From: a phage
Direction: 5' to 3' (one strand)
Length of the DNA: 64,000 bases
Assembly: GCA_022897995.1 (NCBI GenBank)
Contig: GCA_022897995.1_4763.1
Part shown: positions 45,056-55,153 of the stretch, piece after piece
Numbering within the stretch: the first letter of the stretch is position 1
Layout of the letters: the number at the start of each line of letters is the position of its first letter
Notes under the pieces: model-generated
What the model was told of the DNA's origin: nothing
The model's database searches: none
The model's input: the letters and a program-made list of their open reading frames with translations, nothing else
Position numbers and translations under genes: made by a program

Positions 45056-46524
45056 TGAAGATTGAAACATTAATCGCATTGCCAGCGGCGGGGAAAACTG
45101 ATGCTATACTTTCCCACGTCCTAGAGACAAAAGAAAAAGCGGTTATTGCTTCGCCATCTCGTGTTTTAAGTGAACAATCTTACAATAAGTTTAAAAGAAT
45201 GGGCGGTCGTGCTGTCTTGATTGATAGTACCAGACTAAGAAGCCTTAAGACAGTGCAAGCGTCGATAATGCAATCAGTTAAAGATGGTGCTGATGTGATA
45301 TTCATTACACATACAGCGTTATCTAATATGGAACGTTCAAAAATGTTTGGTGAATATGCTCTTTACATTGATGAAGTTCCTCAACTGGTTGAATTTAATG
45401 AGTATCCGTTTAAGTCTAATCTTGAACTTATCACGAAGCATTGCGAACCAATCGCCGACGAATCGGAATGCCTACAGAACCTAGTTCTAAAAGACTCTGA
45501 GAAGGCCGCTATCAAAGAAAAGATAGAAAGTGCAAAGGATGGTACTGATATGATCGATTCTTCTCTTAGAGGGCTTTATGAGGCGTTATTAGAGAAGAAA
45601 ATCAACGTTATGGTAAAACATAACGAAGGACACCGGAAGAATGGGTCTAAAATTGTTTTCTTGAACGATAACAAACACGGTACGTGGGGAGACTTTAAAA
45701 AGGTTACGATAGCATGTGCAAATCTCTTTGATACATATAGCGGGAAGTATCTACGATACTATGCAAATTGCGATTTTGTTCCGAGTGCGCTAGAATCCAG
45801 ACTATATTTCAAAGAGTATAAAAATACAGATAGAGTTAATATCATCCTTATGACGGACTCTGAACGATGGTCGCGTCACCAGTCAGAAACAAACAATACC
45901 TTTGAACGTCTTGTTGATATGGTTAAAAATGAATGTGGTGATGATTTCATTTATACCGTGAATCGGGACCGTGAAGCGTGCACAAATGGTATTGGTGAGC
46001 GGATACCTTACGGATCTTATGGTCTTAACTCTTACATTCATCATAAAAATGTTGCTGTGATGTTCAGCTTTAACCCTCAACGATGGGAGATTGATATTTT
46101 AAAAGGTCTTGCTAATAGTTGCGATCTCCCAACAAACGAGTTTTTGAAAGCGCGTCATGTGTCTGATTATCTGGAACCAGCATTTCAATTATGTTTGCGT
46201 TGTAACCTGAGAGACAACGAGAGCAAGGAGAATGTTAATCTATATGTTCCTGATTGGGCGTTGGTGGATTATCTAAAAAAGTTTCTGCCTAATGCCAATG
46301 TAATAACAGACCGAATGATTCCGCTAGAATGTGGTGAGCGTAAAGGGCGAAAATCATTTAAAAAGATGTTCGACTTTAACGAGCAAGAGAATGCAAGATT
46401 TAACGGATTTAAGTACCGCATGAAGAAAAAAGGAAAAACTCTTGATCCGTCTGACGGTGAATCTGTAGAGATGGTTAGAGTGTGGATAACTAAGCAAAGA
46501 AAGTATAATGGCAATGGGGAATAG
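45055..46524 (+). CDS. P-loop NTPase, SF2-helicase-like N-terminal domain
   Basis: ALPAAGKT (Walker A), ASPSRVLSEQ (motif Ia-like), YIDEVP (DExx Walker B); 489 aa. Confidence 0.55.
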   Translation: MKIETLIALPAAGKTDAILSHVLETKEKAVIASPSRVLSEQSYNKFKRMGGRAVLIDSTRLRSLKTVQASIMQSVKDGADVIFITHTALSNMERSKMFGEYALYIDEVPQLVEFNEYPFKSNLELITKHCEPIADESECLQNLVLKDSEKAAIKEKIESAKDGTDMIDSSLRGLYEALLEKKINVMVKHNEGHRKNGSKIVFLNDNKHGTWGDFKKVTIACANLFDTYSGKYLRYYANCDFVPSALESRLYFKEYKNTDRVNIILMTDSERWSRHQSETNNTFERLVDMVKNECGDDFIYTVNRDREACTNGIGERIPYGSYGLNSYIHHKNVAVMFSFNPQRWEIDILKGLANSCDLPTNEFLKARHVSDYLEPAFQLCLRCNLRDNESKENVNLYVPDWALVDYLKKFLPNANVITDRMIPLECGERKGRKSFKKMFDFNEQENARFNGFKYRMKKKGKTLDPSDGESVEMVRVWITKQRKYNGNGE

Positions 46525-46564
46525 CCCGAAAGGGTTATTTCCTAAATAATAGCGAGGGTGCGAA

Positions 46565-47098
46565 GTGTCTGATTATGTAAACAATAAAGAGCTTTACGAA
46601 GAAATTTGCCGTTGGAAACAACGAATTGCAGCCGAAGGTCGACAAGTGCCAATGAGCAACCAAATCGGCCTAGCAATTATGCAAATCTCTAAAAATCTAT
46701 CACGGCGTTTTAACTTTTCTGGCTATAGTCAAACATGGCGCGAAGAAATGATCGACGATGGAATCGAAGCGGCGGTCAAGGGTTTGATTAATTTTGACGA
46801 GACAAAGTATAAAAATCCTCATGCTTACATCACGCAAGCGTGCTTTAATGCTTTTGTGCAGCGCATTAAAAAAGAAAGAACAGCGACAGCCGCAAAATAC
46901 AAATATTTTGTGCATCATGTATATGACGAACGCGACGCTGATATGTGCCAGATTGCGGATGAGGCATTCATACAGGACATTTACGATAAAATCAACAACT
47001 ACGAGGAATCGGTCAATAAACCGAAAGCGCCAAAGGTTGAAGATGTATTGACCGAGGAATTGCCTAGCCTGGACCAATTTTATGAGATTGAAAATTAA
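46565..47098 (+). CDS. 55: late transcription sigma factor gp55
   Basis: YVNNKEL...FNFSGY...[33 protein letters not shown] closely matches T4 gp55; GTG start. Confidence 0.9.
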   Translation: MSDYVNNKELYEEICRWKQRIAAEGRQVPMSNQIGLAIMQISKNLSRRFNFSGYSQTWREEMIDDGIEAAVKGLINFDETKYKNPHAYITQACFNAFVQRIKKERTATAAKYKYFVHHVYDERDADMCQIADEAFIQDIYDKINNYEESVNKPKAPKVEDVLTEELPSLDQFYEIEN

Positions 47099-47315
47099 CA
47101 TTTCCCGTTTGCTGGAAGAAGCAGAGTTTGAAACTGACCTTGTGCCGTATTTCGCCAAATTATTTTTGAGAGATTGCGGCGTTCCGGTGATTATCGATCC
47201 GTGCAATATCAAATCACCGGATCTTGAGGTCTTGACGGGTACAATCTCACATAGCTATAATGTTTCGGAAGATGAATTTTCTTTAATCATCGACTATATC
47301 CCAGAAGGAAAATAA
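47082..47315 (+). CDS. hypothetical protein
   Basis: 77-aa ORF. Confidence 0.4.
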   Translation: MRLKINISRLLEEAEFETDLVPYFAKLFLRDCGVPVIIDPCNIKSPDLEVLTGTISHSYNVSEDEFSLIIDYIPEGK

Positions 47316-47316
47316 T

Positions 47317-47604
47317 ATGACTTACGATGAACAACATGACCAGATTGCAGTGAATGAAGTAGACAAAGTACAAGCAGAACTAGAGGCGAAAGCCGCTAAG
47401 AAAGCGGAAAAGATCTTGCGTAAGAACTCGCGAGAGATTGCACGCCTTAAGCGGTGGGCTGAACAAGCTATCATCGATGATAACCGTGATGCGTATATCT
47501 ACGCTATCGGAAAGTTACGTGATATCTACAAACAGCCACACACGCCAGAACTGCTTTCTGCTATGTGGATTAGTACACGGCAAACGGTATTAAGTATGCT
47601 GTAA
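47317..47604 (+). CDS. hypothetical protein
   Basis: 95-aa ORF. Confidence 0.45.
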   Translation: MTYDEQHDQIAVNEVDKVQAELEAKAAKKAEKILRKNSREIARLKRWAEQAIIDDNRDAYIYAIGKLRDIYKQPHTPELLSAMWISTRQTVLSML

Positions 47605-47616
47605 TGGCTTTATAAG

Positions 47617-47650
47617 GGAGACTCCGAAAGGGGTTTCCCTTTTTATTTTT
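47617..47650 (+). terminator. rho-independent terminator
   Basis: gggagactccgaaaggggtttccc hairpin (GAAA loop) plus TTTTTATTTTT. Confidence 0.55.
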
Positions 47651-47694
47651 CTATGATATAGTGAGAACATCTAAAACGAAGAGAGGAAGAGACT

Positions 47695-48720
47695 ATGAAA
47701 ATTTTGCTTTTGGGTGATCTGCATACTGGTATCGGTGGCGATGATCCGTGGGTGCATGAGTATATTCTTGATACCATCAAGAAAGCGGTTGAATACTCCA
47801 AAGAGCATAATATTAAGACATGGATTCAAACAGGGGATTGGTTTGATTGCCGCAAGGCGATAACTCATGAAACCATGAAATTTAACCGTACTAAGGTCAT
47901 CCCATTACTGGAAGAGGCTGGTATTACTTGTTATATCACGGTCGGGAATCATGATATGTTTAAACGAAACAAGATCCAGCCTAACGCGCCGCGTGAAGTG
48001 TTAAGCCAGTATGATTGCATTAAGGTTATTGATAAACCGGAAACAGTTACCTTTGATGGTGTATCATTTGATCTGTTCCCGTGGTTTTGTGATGACAATA
48101 AATCAGAGATTTTAGAGTTTATTCAAAACTCATTCAGCGAATATTGTGTAGGCCATTGGGAATTGTCCGGTTACTATTTCTATAAAGGGCTAAAATCCGA
48201 AGGTTATAGCGCGGACTTCCTCAAGAAATACCGTGAAGTGATTTCCGGTCACTTTCATACTATTAGTGATGGGGGTAACGTAACGTATATTGGCACACCA
48301 TACACACTAACGGCGGGTGACGAAAACGACCCGCGTGGGTTTTGGGTATTCGATACCGACACACACAAAAAAGAGTTTATCCAGAATGATAAAACTTATC
48401 ATGTGCGTATCACTTACCCGTCAGATGATAAAATCGACGTAGAACGCTATAAGGGGCTGAGTGTGCGTCTTATTGCAACGGTCGCTGATAATGGGTTGAC
48501 TAAGTTAGAAAGCGCGTTAGAGACCGTTGTACACAAGCTAAAAGTGGTCCATAAGCTGGAGAGTAGCGCATCACAGGAAACAGGTGTTATTGAAGTTAAA
48601 AGCACTATTCAGATGGTCTATGAATATCTGGAAGAACAAAACCTAGAACCGGAAGAACTTGCGGCGGTCAAGCGTATTTCTGATGAACTTTTAGCCGAAG
48701 TAAATAGCGCAAAAAGTTAG
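47695..48720 (+). CDS. 47: recombination endonuclease subunit gp47 (Mre11-like)
   Basis: MKILLLGDLH...TWIQTGDWFD...VGNHD...GHWEL...SGHFH...GTPYTLTAGDENDPRGFW matches T4 gp47. Confidence 0.9.
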   Translation: MKILLLGDLHTGIGGDDPWVHEYILDTIKKAVEYSKEHNIKTWIQTGDWFDCRKAITHETMKFNRTKVIPLLEEAGITCYITVGNHDMFKRNKIQPNAPREVLSQYDCIKVIDKPETVTFDGVSFDLFPWFCDDNKSEILEFIQNSFSEYCVGHWELSGYYFYKGLKSEGYSADFLKKYREVISGHFHTISDGGNVTYIGTPYTLTAGDENDPRGFWVFDTDTHKKEFIQNDKTYHVRITYPSDDKIDVERYKGLSVRLIATVADNGLTKLESALETVVHKLKVVHKLESSASQETGVIEVKSTIQMVYEYLEEQNLEPEELAAVKRISDELLAEVNSAKS

Positions 48721-48749
48721 TTGACGCGGGGAGAAATCCCCGTTATACT
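48721..48749 (+). promoter_or_regulatory. early promoter with stem-loop (PeSL-type)
   Basis: TTGACG, inverted repeat cggggagaaatccccg, TATACT. Confidence 0.55.
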
Positions 48750-48774
48750 CTCTAAAAATTGATTGGAGGTTGTT

Positions 48775-49026
48775 ATGATTGCTAATGCACTGAAAGAAAT
48801 CAACGAAGGTTTATCGAAATTCACTAAGATCCATGTATTTGAGGTTGTGCGAGATGGTCAGTATATGCTATCATTTCGGTCTAACTATGGTTTATGGACT
48901 CATGACGAAATACCATTTGATCGTGAACATATCACCAAAGAGGAGCTAACAAACATCGTATCCCGTAAGGTTGCTGATATTACCCAGAATGTAATTGCCC
49001 GTGGATCTATGGAGTCTGTACGATGA
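48775..49026 (+). CDS. hypothetical protein
   Basis: ATG after GGAGGTTGTT. Confidence 0.45.
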   Translation: MIANALKEINEGLSKFTKIHVFEVVRDGQYMLSFRSNYGLWTHDEIPFDREHITKEELTNIVSRKVADITQNVIARGSMESVR

Positions 49027-49340
49027 AAACACTTGCACAAAAAGTAATGGAATTTAATGCAGCGTTGCCTATGTTCGCTCGCCGTAAGGGAATCTCCGTT
49101 GATGTATGGTATTCCAAAGAGCATGAAGAAGTTCGGATGATGGTCGAAAAGCGACTCACCGATACTACTGTTAAGTGTAAGTTTCGCTCTATTCCTCGCG
49201 CGGAAATAGAATTTGATGAAAGCTATTACTTTACGCTGCGGCATGTGCTGAAACAAGCAGTGGATGAACTTTTAGAAGACCTGAAACAATATGAAATTGA
49301 ACGAGGAACATATTATGAATACGACTATGGTCGCGGCTGA
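49023..49340 (+). CDS. hypothetical protein
   Basis: 105-aa ORF. Confidence 0.45.
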   Translation: MKTLAQKVMEFNAALPMFARRKGISVDVWYSKEHEEVRMMVEKRLTDTTVKCKFRSIPRAEIEFDESYYFTLRHVLKQAVDELLEDLKQYEIERGTYYEYDYGRG

Positions 49341-49887
49341 TCCTGATTCGATAGCAATGGAATATTTTATTGAATTGGTGCACGCATACACACTAAAACA
49401 ATCATATTACAAGAATCCGATCTATGGTTATCTGAAAGCGCGTATTGCTAAAATGTGGGGTCAGCCAGTGGTTAAGTTGTGGTATGATGACGGCTACCGT
49501 CGTTACCTTAAAGTGATTCACCCACAAGAATTGATGGTGACTATGGGTATTGGCGACTTTGTAAAAGACAAAGTAGAATCCATTATTAAGAGTGTGGTTG
49601 GTGAATATAATCCGATTGTATATGGTGCTTTCGTCCAGTGGAAACAATCCAGCAAATATTATTTTCCGAATACTCCATTGACGCTAACAGGTTGGATCTC
49701 TGTCATGCATAGTGGGGTATTCCTGGAAGCGTCAGAGACAATGTATAAAGGGTATATTCTCCCACATCGACTGGTGAAGTGTGATTACCGCTTGACTGTA
49801 GGTGAATTTCGTGATATTCTGGAACAACAAGCGGAAGACCTGCAAGGTGAAATTGAAGAATTTTTAGAGGAACATAAACTAAAATGA
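49315..49887 (+). CDS. hypothetical protein
   Basis: ATG after GAGGAACATATT; about 190 aa. Confidence 0.45.
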   Translation: MNTTMVAADPDSIAMEYFIELVHAYTLKQSYYKNPIYGYLKARIAKMWGQPVVKLWYDDGYRRYLKVIHPQELMVTMGIGDFVKDKVESIIKSVVGEYNPIVYGAFVQWKQSSKYYFPNTPLTLTGWISVMHSGVFLEASETMYKGYILPHRLVKCDYRLTVGEFRDILEQQAEDLQGEIEEFLEEHKLK

Positions 49888-50147
49888 TTCTATCGATGAC
49901 CTACCTTAGACACAGGGTTATAGAAGGTCTTCGCGAATATCTGGCATTGAATAAAGGGATTTATGTTGATCCCTTTATGACATATGATCCTGCGACACTG
50001 GATTATGTGATCATGTTGCCAGATCGCAGAGACACACTAGTTAAAGTGAAGGCGGCAAGTGTTTACAACATTGATGAAGATGTGTTAGCATTTAATATTA
50101 TGGAATGTGTGATTGCGGAGTGGATTAATGGCAAAGTTAAATTTTAA
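49884..50147 (+). CDS. hypothetical protein
   Basis: 87-aa ORF. Confidence 0.4.
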   Translation: MILSMTYLRHRVIEGLREYLALNKGIYVDPFMTYDPATLDYVIMLPDRRDTLVKVKAASVYNIDEDVLAFNIMECVIAEWINGKVKF

Positions 50148-51810
50148 AACCTTGCGCTATCAAAATATAATGAGCGTGGGTGCTGAACCTGTTGAGATTC
50201 AGCTAGACGGATTCAAAAAGACACTAATCACTGGTGTTAACGGTGCTGGTAAATCGACCATGATCGAGGCGCTTTGCTTTGTGTTGTTCGGTAAACCGTT
50301 TCGTAGTATCAAGAAAGGCCAATTGATTAACAGCGTCAACAAAAAGAAACTGTTAGTCGAAGTCTGGTTTGAACTGGACGGGAAAGAGTTTTATATCAAA
50401 CGTGGTCAAAAACCGGAAGTATTCGAAGTGCATCGCGACGGTCAAAAGATCGACGAGAGCGCAAGCACCAAAGACTTTCAGGAATATTTTGAAGGTATCA
50501 TAGGCATGAACCTAGCCAGCTTTAAACAGATCGTTGTTTTAGGCACTGCTGGTTATGTTCCGTTTATGAGTCTTCCGGCAGCGGGTCGCCGTAAACTGGT
50601 TGAGGATTTGCTTGATATTGCTACGCTGGGCGAAATGGATAAACTGAATAAAGCGTATGTGCGCGAGATTACCCAGAATATCCAAATGCAGGAAATGAAA
50701 GCTAATCACGTTCAGCAACAAATCAACACTCATAAAAAGTATATAGAAGACGCTAGCAAGGCGAGTGCCGAGAATCTCCAGCGTTTACAGAATATGTATG
50801 ATAAAGAGGTAGAATCGGCTAAAGCATTTAAAGCCGAAGAAACGCGCTTGACCGATGAGCTATTGGCTGTTGTTATGCCGGAAGATCCTAGTGCGGCATT
50901 GGCTAAAATTAATACGGCTATCGCACAGATTGGTGCGCAGATCCAGAACTTTGACCGTGTTATTCATATGCATGAGAAAGGCGGGGTCTGTCCTACGTGC
51001 ACACAACCGATCATTCAAGGTAATGATCAAGCTGTACGCGAACAAAAAGCACAAGCAGAACATAAACTGTCTCTTATTGACGAGAAACGCGTAGAATACG
51101 CAGAGAAAGCCAATTCTTTCCAGACAGCACAAACTAAGGTCTTGGAAATTAAACGCGCTATAGAGTCACAGAGAGCGAATTTAACGGCATCTGTAGGTCG
51201 TGCTAAACAGATCCAGAAAGCAATTCAGGAATTGCAAAAAGAAAGGGTTGACAATTCCGAAGAACTTGCTAAACTGGAACACGAACTGGTAGAGATTACT
51301 AATGAAAAATCAAAGCTAGTTCTTGAAAAATATCATCGTGGATTTGTAACAGAAATGTTGAAGGATTCCGGTGTTAAGGCGTCTATCGTCAAGAAATATA
51401 TTCCATATTTCAATGATCGGATTGCGTATTATCTTGATATCATGGAAGCGGATTATATCTTTACGCTAGATGAAGAGTTTAACGAAACAATCAAATCACG
51501 GGGGCGTGAATCGTTTTCGTATACATCATTCAGTCAAGGCGAAAAGGCACGTATTGACCTTGCGATGCTCTTTACATGGCGTGATGTTGCTGGTAAAGTA
51601 TCTGGTACTAATATTTCTTTGTTGGTACTCGACGAAATTTATGATGGGGCTACGGACGTTCAAGGCGTCAAAGCACTTGATTCCATCATTGACAAGTTAG
51701 ATGATAACGTGTATATTATCAGCCATCGTGACCATAACCCTGATGATTTTAGCCGTCATCTCAAGATGGTTAAACGTGGGCGATTCACTGAAATGAATGT
51801 TAACATTTGA
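50128..51810 (+). CDS. 46: recombination endonuclease subunit gp46 (Rad50/SbcC-like ATPase)
   Basis: LITGVNGAGKSTMIEALCFVLFGKPFR Walker A; CPTC zinc hook; LVLDEIYDG Walker B. Confidence 0.9.
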   Translation: MAKLNFKTLRYQNIMSVGAEPVEIQLDGFKKTLITGVNGAGKSTMIEALCFVLFGKPFRSIKKGQLINSVNKKKLLVEVWFELDGKEFYIKRGQKPEVFEVHRDGQKIDESASTKDFQEYFEGIIGMNLASFKQIVVLGTAGYVPFMSLPAAGRRKLVEDLLDIATLGEMDKLNKAYVREITQNIQMQEMKANHVQQQINTHKKYIEDASKASAENLQRLQNMYDKEVESAKAFKAEETRLTDELLAVVMPEDPSAALAKINTAIAQIGAQIQNFDRVIHMHEKGGVCPTCTQPIIQGNDQAVREQKAQAEHKLSLIDEKRVEYAEKANSFQTAQTKVLEIKRAIESQRANLTASVGRAKQIQKAIQELQKERVDNSEELAKLEHELVEITNEKSKLVLEKYHRGFVTEMLKDSGVKASIVKKYIPYFNDRIAYYLDIMEADYIFTLDEEFNETIKSRGRESFSYTSFSQGEKARIDLAMLFTWRDVAGKVSGTNISLLVLDEIYDGATDVQGVKALDSIIDKLDDNVYIISHRDHNPDDFSRHLKMVKRGRFTEMNVNI

Positions 51811-52027
51811 CAGAGTAACACAGCCGGAGTTAGAATTGTATACCTTAATCAATCTATATTCCGGTGAAGAATATGTAGTTAGTATGGGGGATATGAAAAA
51901 CAGCATATACAGCGATGCAGACATAACAAAAATGTTGTCTTGTCGTCATCATGAGTTTATGCTGGTCCCCAACTTTGATAAACTTGATTACCCTGATGCT
52001 GGGGTTGCAACAAACTTTAGAACGTGA
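51797..52027 (+). CDS. hypothetical protein
   Basis: 76-aa ORF between genes 46 and 45. Confidence 0.35.
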   Translation: MLTFDRVTQPELELYTLINLYSGEEYVVSMGDMKNSIYSDADITKMLSCRHHEFMLVPNFDKLDYPDAGVATNFRT

Positions 52028-52057
52028 TATACTGATTTTATTTTGGAGATTAATATT

Positions 52058-52435
52058 ATGACTACTTCCGCAAACCTGGCTAAAATTACTGTAGCAGACA
52101 TTCAGAACAAGAAAACCAGCCTCGAATTTGACCGAGCAATGAACAAGATCCGTAAAGCGTGGGTACTGCAAATGCCGGAAAGCGAGAAAGCTAAAATGAA
52201 GGTTATCCCGCAGCAAGCACGCTTTGAACTGTACGCGCATATTGATGATATGGTGCAAAAAGAATGGATCGCTGCAATGCGCAAGTATTACGATGATTCA
52301 ATTGCTAAAGGCGCTAAAACTATTCGAGGTAAAGATATTCTCGAAAAGGGTTATCAGATTGACACTGATGAACTGCTGATTGAAGCCGCTAGCGTAGTAG
52401 TAACTCGTCTGATCGCAATTGCTGATGGGAAGTGA
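52058..52435 (+). CDS. hypothetical protein (positional equivalent of T4 rpbA/45.2)
   Basis: 125-aa ORF after GGAGATTAATATT; position only. Confidence 0.45.
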   Translation: MTTSANLAKITVADIQNKKTSLEFDRAMNKIRKAWVLQMPESEKAKMKVIPQQARFELYAHIDDMVQKEWIAAMRKYYDDSIAKGAKTIRGKDILEKGYQIDTDELLIEAASVVVTRLIAIADGK

Positions 52436-52439
52436 TAGA

Positions 52440-52817
52440 ATGAAACGTATGAGCTTAAAAGAACAAATGCTATTCATCCTACAAAATAGTAAATTATGTC
52501 ATATTCCGTTTGACTATATCAAAGATAATGATGTAATGAACTACCGTCACGGGATAGAGTGTATTGAGTGGTATTTTGTCCTAGATAAATTTGTTGATGA
52601 TGTGATTCGTCGTAAACTTGCGTTTGATGTTCGTGGTGATCTGGTGTATCTAGACGGCAAGAAGACCGCAAAGAATCCTGTGACTGTCTATGCTCTGCAA
52701 CAATACTTGACAGCTTACATTGGATTGAAGTATACTCACTCATCCGACAAGGAAGCCGAGAAAAAATTTATCGAAAGAATGCTAAAGATTCAAAATGAGC
52801 ACGAAGTAAACCCGTAA
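52440..52817 (+). CDS. hypothetical protein (positional equivalent of T4 rpbA/45.2)
   Basis: About 125-aa ORF; position only. Confidence 0.4.
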   Translation: MKRMSLKEQMLFILQNSKLCHIPFDYIKDNDVMNYRHGIECIEWYFVLDKFVDDVIRRKLAFDVRGDLVYLDGKKTAKNPVTVYALQQYLTAYIGLKYTHSSDKEAEKKFIERMLKIQNEHEVNP

Positions 52818-52847
52818 TTAATTGATTAACATGATAAAGGTGATTTG

Positions 52848-53534
52848 ATGAAACTGACTAAAGAAACCATTGCTACCCTGAAAAACTTTTCCGCTATTAA
52901 CCCAGGTATCATCCTGAAAAAAGGAAACGTCCTGATCACCAAAAACATGACAAACGTTGTATATGGTGAAGCGACTCTGAATCAAGAACTGGAACACGAA
53001 ATCGGGATCTATGATCTTAACTCTTTCCTGGGCATTCTGAATCTGGTAGGCGATGAAGCAGATATTACGGTTGATGACCGCACTGGTAACATTCGTGTGT
53101 CTAACGACCGTCTGAAAATTAATTATCCTGGTGCTAGTGCTGCTGCTATCGTATCACCGAAAGGCCGAGTTACTCCACCTGCAAGCGATGTAGATTACGA
53201 ACTGAGCAACGACGATCTGAAACAGCTTATGAAAATGAGCAATCAGCTTAAAGTGGATCGCCTTGAATTTCTTCCGATTGATGGTCGTCTGATGATCAAA
53301 GGTTGGGAAGAGATTGACAAAAATAATCCTAATGAGATGTTTTGTCTTGATATGGGCGAATATACCGGAACCGCAGACTTCCATTTCTTTATTCGTAAAG
53401 ATAACATGAAACTGGTTGCTACTGACTTCGGCGATTACAAACTTAGCTTCACTCGCCGTAAGGCTGTATGGCTGGCAAGTGAAACCGTATCTTATATGAT
53501 CGCGTGTGACCTTGACTCCAGCTACACCGACTAA
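52848..53534 (+). CDS. 45: sliding clamp gp45
   Basis: MKLTKETIATLKNFSAINPGI...IGIYDLNSFLGILNLV matches T4 gp45. Confidence 0.9.
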   Translation: MKLTKETIATLKNFSAINPGIILKKGNVLITKNMTNVVYGEATLNQELEHEIGIYDLNSFLGILNLVGDEADITVDDRTGNIRVSNDRLKINYPGASAAAIVSPKGRVTPPASDVDYELSNDDLKQLMKMSNQLKVDRLEFLPIDGRLMIKGWEEIDKNNPNEMFCLDMGEYTGTADFHFFIRKDNMKLVATDFGDYKLSFTRRKAVWLASETVSYMIACDLDSSYTD

Positions 53535-53536
53535 TA

Positions 53537-53570
53537 TAATGTTTGTGGGGAGTGTAAATACTCCCCGTTT
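53537..53570 (+). terminator. stem-loop/terminator after gene 45
   Basis: ggggagtgtaaatactcccc hairpin then GTTTTA. Confidence 0.4.
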
Positions 53571-53599
53571 TAATGATGTAATTTGTGAGAGGTGATTAT

Positions 53600-54574
53600 A
53601 TGCTGAGTGTTAATGAAAATGAGTTTCAGTGGGAACAGAAATACCGTCCGAAATCAATTTCTGAATGTATTCTGCCGGAAGCAGATAAAAAGATCTTCGC
53701 GCAGATTGTTAAACAAGGCCGAATCCCTTCTATGATCCTGCATAGCCCATCGCCTGGTACTGGTAAAACAACCGTTGCTAAGGCGCTTTGCGAAGATGTG
53801 GGTGTTGATTATCTGTTTGTTAACGGCGCAGATTGTAAGATTGATTTTATCCGCGATGAGATTACACGCTTTGCGCAGAGTGTATCACTCGATGAAGAAA
53901 AACGAGAAAAAGGCAAAGTTGTTATTATCGATGAGTATGACCGAGCGGGGCTAGCTGATGCTCAAAGACACTTGCGTAGTTTCTCTGAGGCATACTCAAA
54001 CAACGTGACATTCATTATCACAGCAAACGATCTAGAAGGTATTATCCCAGCGTTACGATCTCGATTTGATCCCATCACGTTTGGATCTCCGACCAAAGAT
54101 GATCAGCTTCGCATGATGAAAGAAATGATCGTCCGGTGTAAAGCAATTCTTGATAAAGAAGGTGTGCCAGTAGAAGAAATGCGCGTATTAGCGGAATTGG
54201 TTAAGCAGAACTTCCCAGACTTCCGGCGCGTAATGAAACTTTTGGACCGCTACGCTAAACATGGTAAAATTGATGCTGGCGTATTGAGCATGGTTATCGA
54301 AAGTAGCAATACCGAAGTAACCGATGTGGTGGAAGCACTTAAAACTAAACAGTTTGCTAATGTGCGTAAACTTGCACCGCGATATACCAATACATACGCT
54401 CAATTTGTCAAGAAACTTTATAATGAGTTGTATACTCAAGTTAAGCCAGCTTCTATTATTCGTCTCACTGAGATTATCGGTGAAAATAATCAGATGTTTG
54501 CGCACGCGGCTGATAAAGAGATTCACATTGTCTTTTTGTTAATGCAATTAATGGTTGAATTGGAGTTCGTATAA
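53600..54574 (+). CDS. 44: clamp loader large subunit gp44
   Basis: EQKYRP...ILHSPSPGTGKTTVAKALC...VVIIDEYDR...NFPDFRR matches T4 gp44. Confidence 0.9.
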   Translation: MLSVNENEFQWEQKYRPKSISECILPEADKKIFAQIVKQGRIPSMILHSPSPGTGKTTVAKALCEDVGVDYLFVNGADCKIDFIRDEITRFAQSVSLDEEKREKGKVVIIDEYDRAGLADAQRHLRSFSEAYSNNVTFIITANDLEGIIPALRSRFDPITFGSPTKDDQLRMMKEMIVRCKAILDKEGVPVEEMRVLAELVKQNFPDFRRVMKLLDRYAKHGKIDAGVLSMVIESSNTEVTDVVEALKTKQFANVRKLAPRYTNTYAQFVKKLYNELYTQVKPASIIRLTEIIGENNQMFAHAADKEIHIVFLLMQLMVELEFV

Positions 54575-55152
54575 TGTTAGGTCAATTTTTCGGTGAAGAT
54601 GATACACAATTAAACGAGCATGAAATTGCATGGCGCTCTCGTGATTGGGAAAAGGTGTCTGAATTAGCTGACACATTCACCGAGAAAACCGACAATGCAT
54701 TATTTGCTCTGATGGATCATATCACCTTAGATAAACAGCGCGTTAATGTGGGAAACAATTCTGCATATAACCAGAGATGGATTAACACCGCTCTTTCCCA
54801 GCACGCAGATTGCCTATATAGCGCGTATGTGATGAATTTAATCGGTCATGGCCTCCCAGATCAAATGCATTTTGATTATCTCTTACAGAGTATTTCTAAG
54901 GGGAAACGATACGGTAAATGGGCTAAACTAACAGAAGAATTGGACCAAAAATTGGTTTTAATGGCAGTGGCGAAAGCATATTGTGTAAATATGGATGACG
55001 CCCGGTTTTATCTCGATTTGGCTAATGAAAAGGGATATATGGACAAGTTATTGAAGCACATTAAACCGTATGCGACCGATGAACTTTTGGCGGGTGTTAC
55101 TAAGAATCAGACAGAAAGGAAACGACTTAAAAAGATTATAGAAAGGTGGTAA
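54574..55152 (+). CDS. 62: clamp loader small subunit gp62
   Basis: TQLNEHEIAW...MNLIGHGL...KGKRYGKWAKL matches T4 gp62. Confidence 0.85.
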   Translation: MLGQFFGEDDTQLNEHEIAWRSRDWEKVSELADTFTEKTDNALFALMDHITLDKQRVNVGNNSAYNQRWINTALSQHADCLYSAYVMNLIGHGLPDQMHFDYLLQSISKGKRYGKWAKLTEELDQKLVLMAVAKAYCVNMDDARFYLDLANEKGYMDKLLKHIKPYATDELLAGVTKNQTERKRLKKIIERW

Positions 55153-55153
55153 A

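Noticed and set aside
46700-47212. 170-aa minus-strand ORF overlapping gene 55
   Set aside because: Entirely antisense to the strongly supported gp55 coding sequence; no independent signals.
50040-50170. Possible frameshift near the gp46 start
   Set aside because: My hand-indexing of the text disagreed by 1 nt with the ORF track locally, but agreed again at flanking landmarks (49884, 51810); attributed to my counting error, not a biological frameshift.
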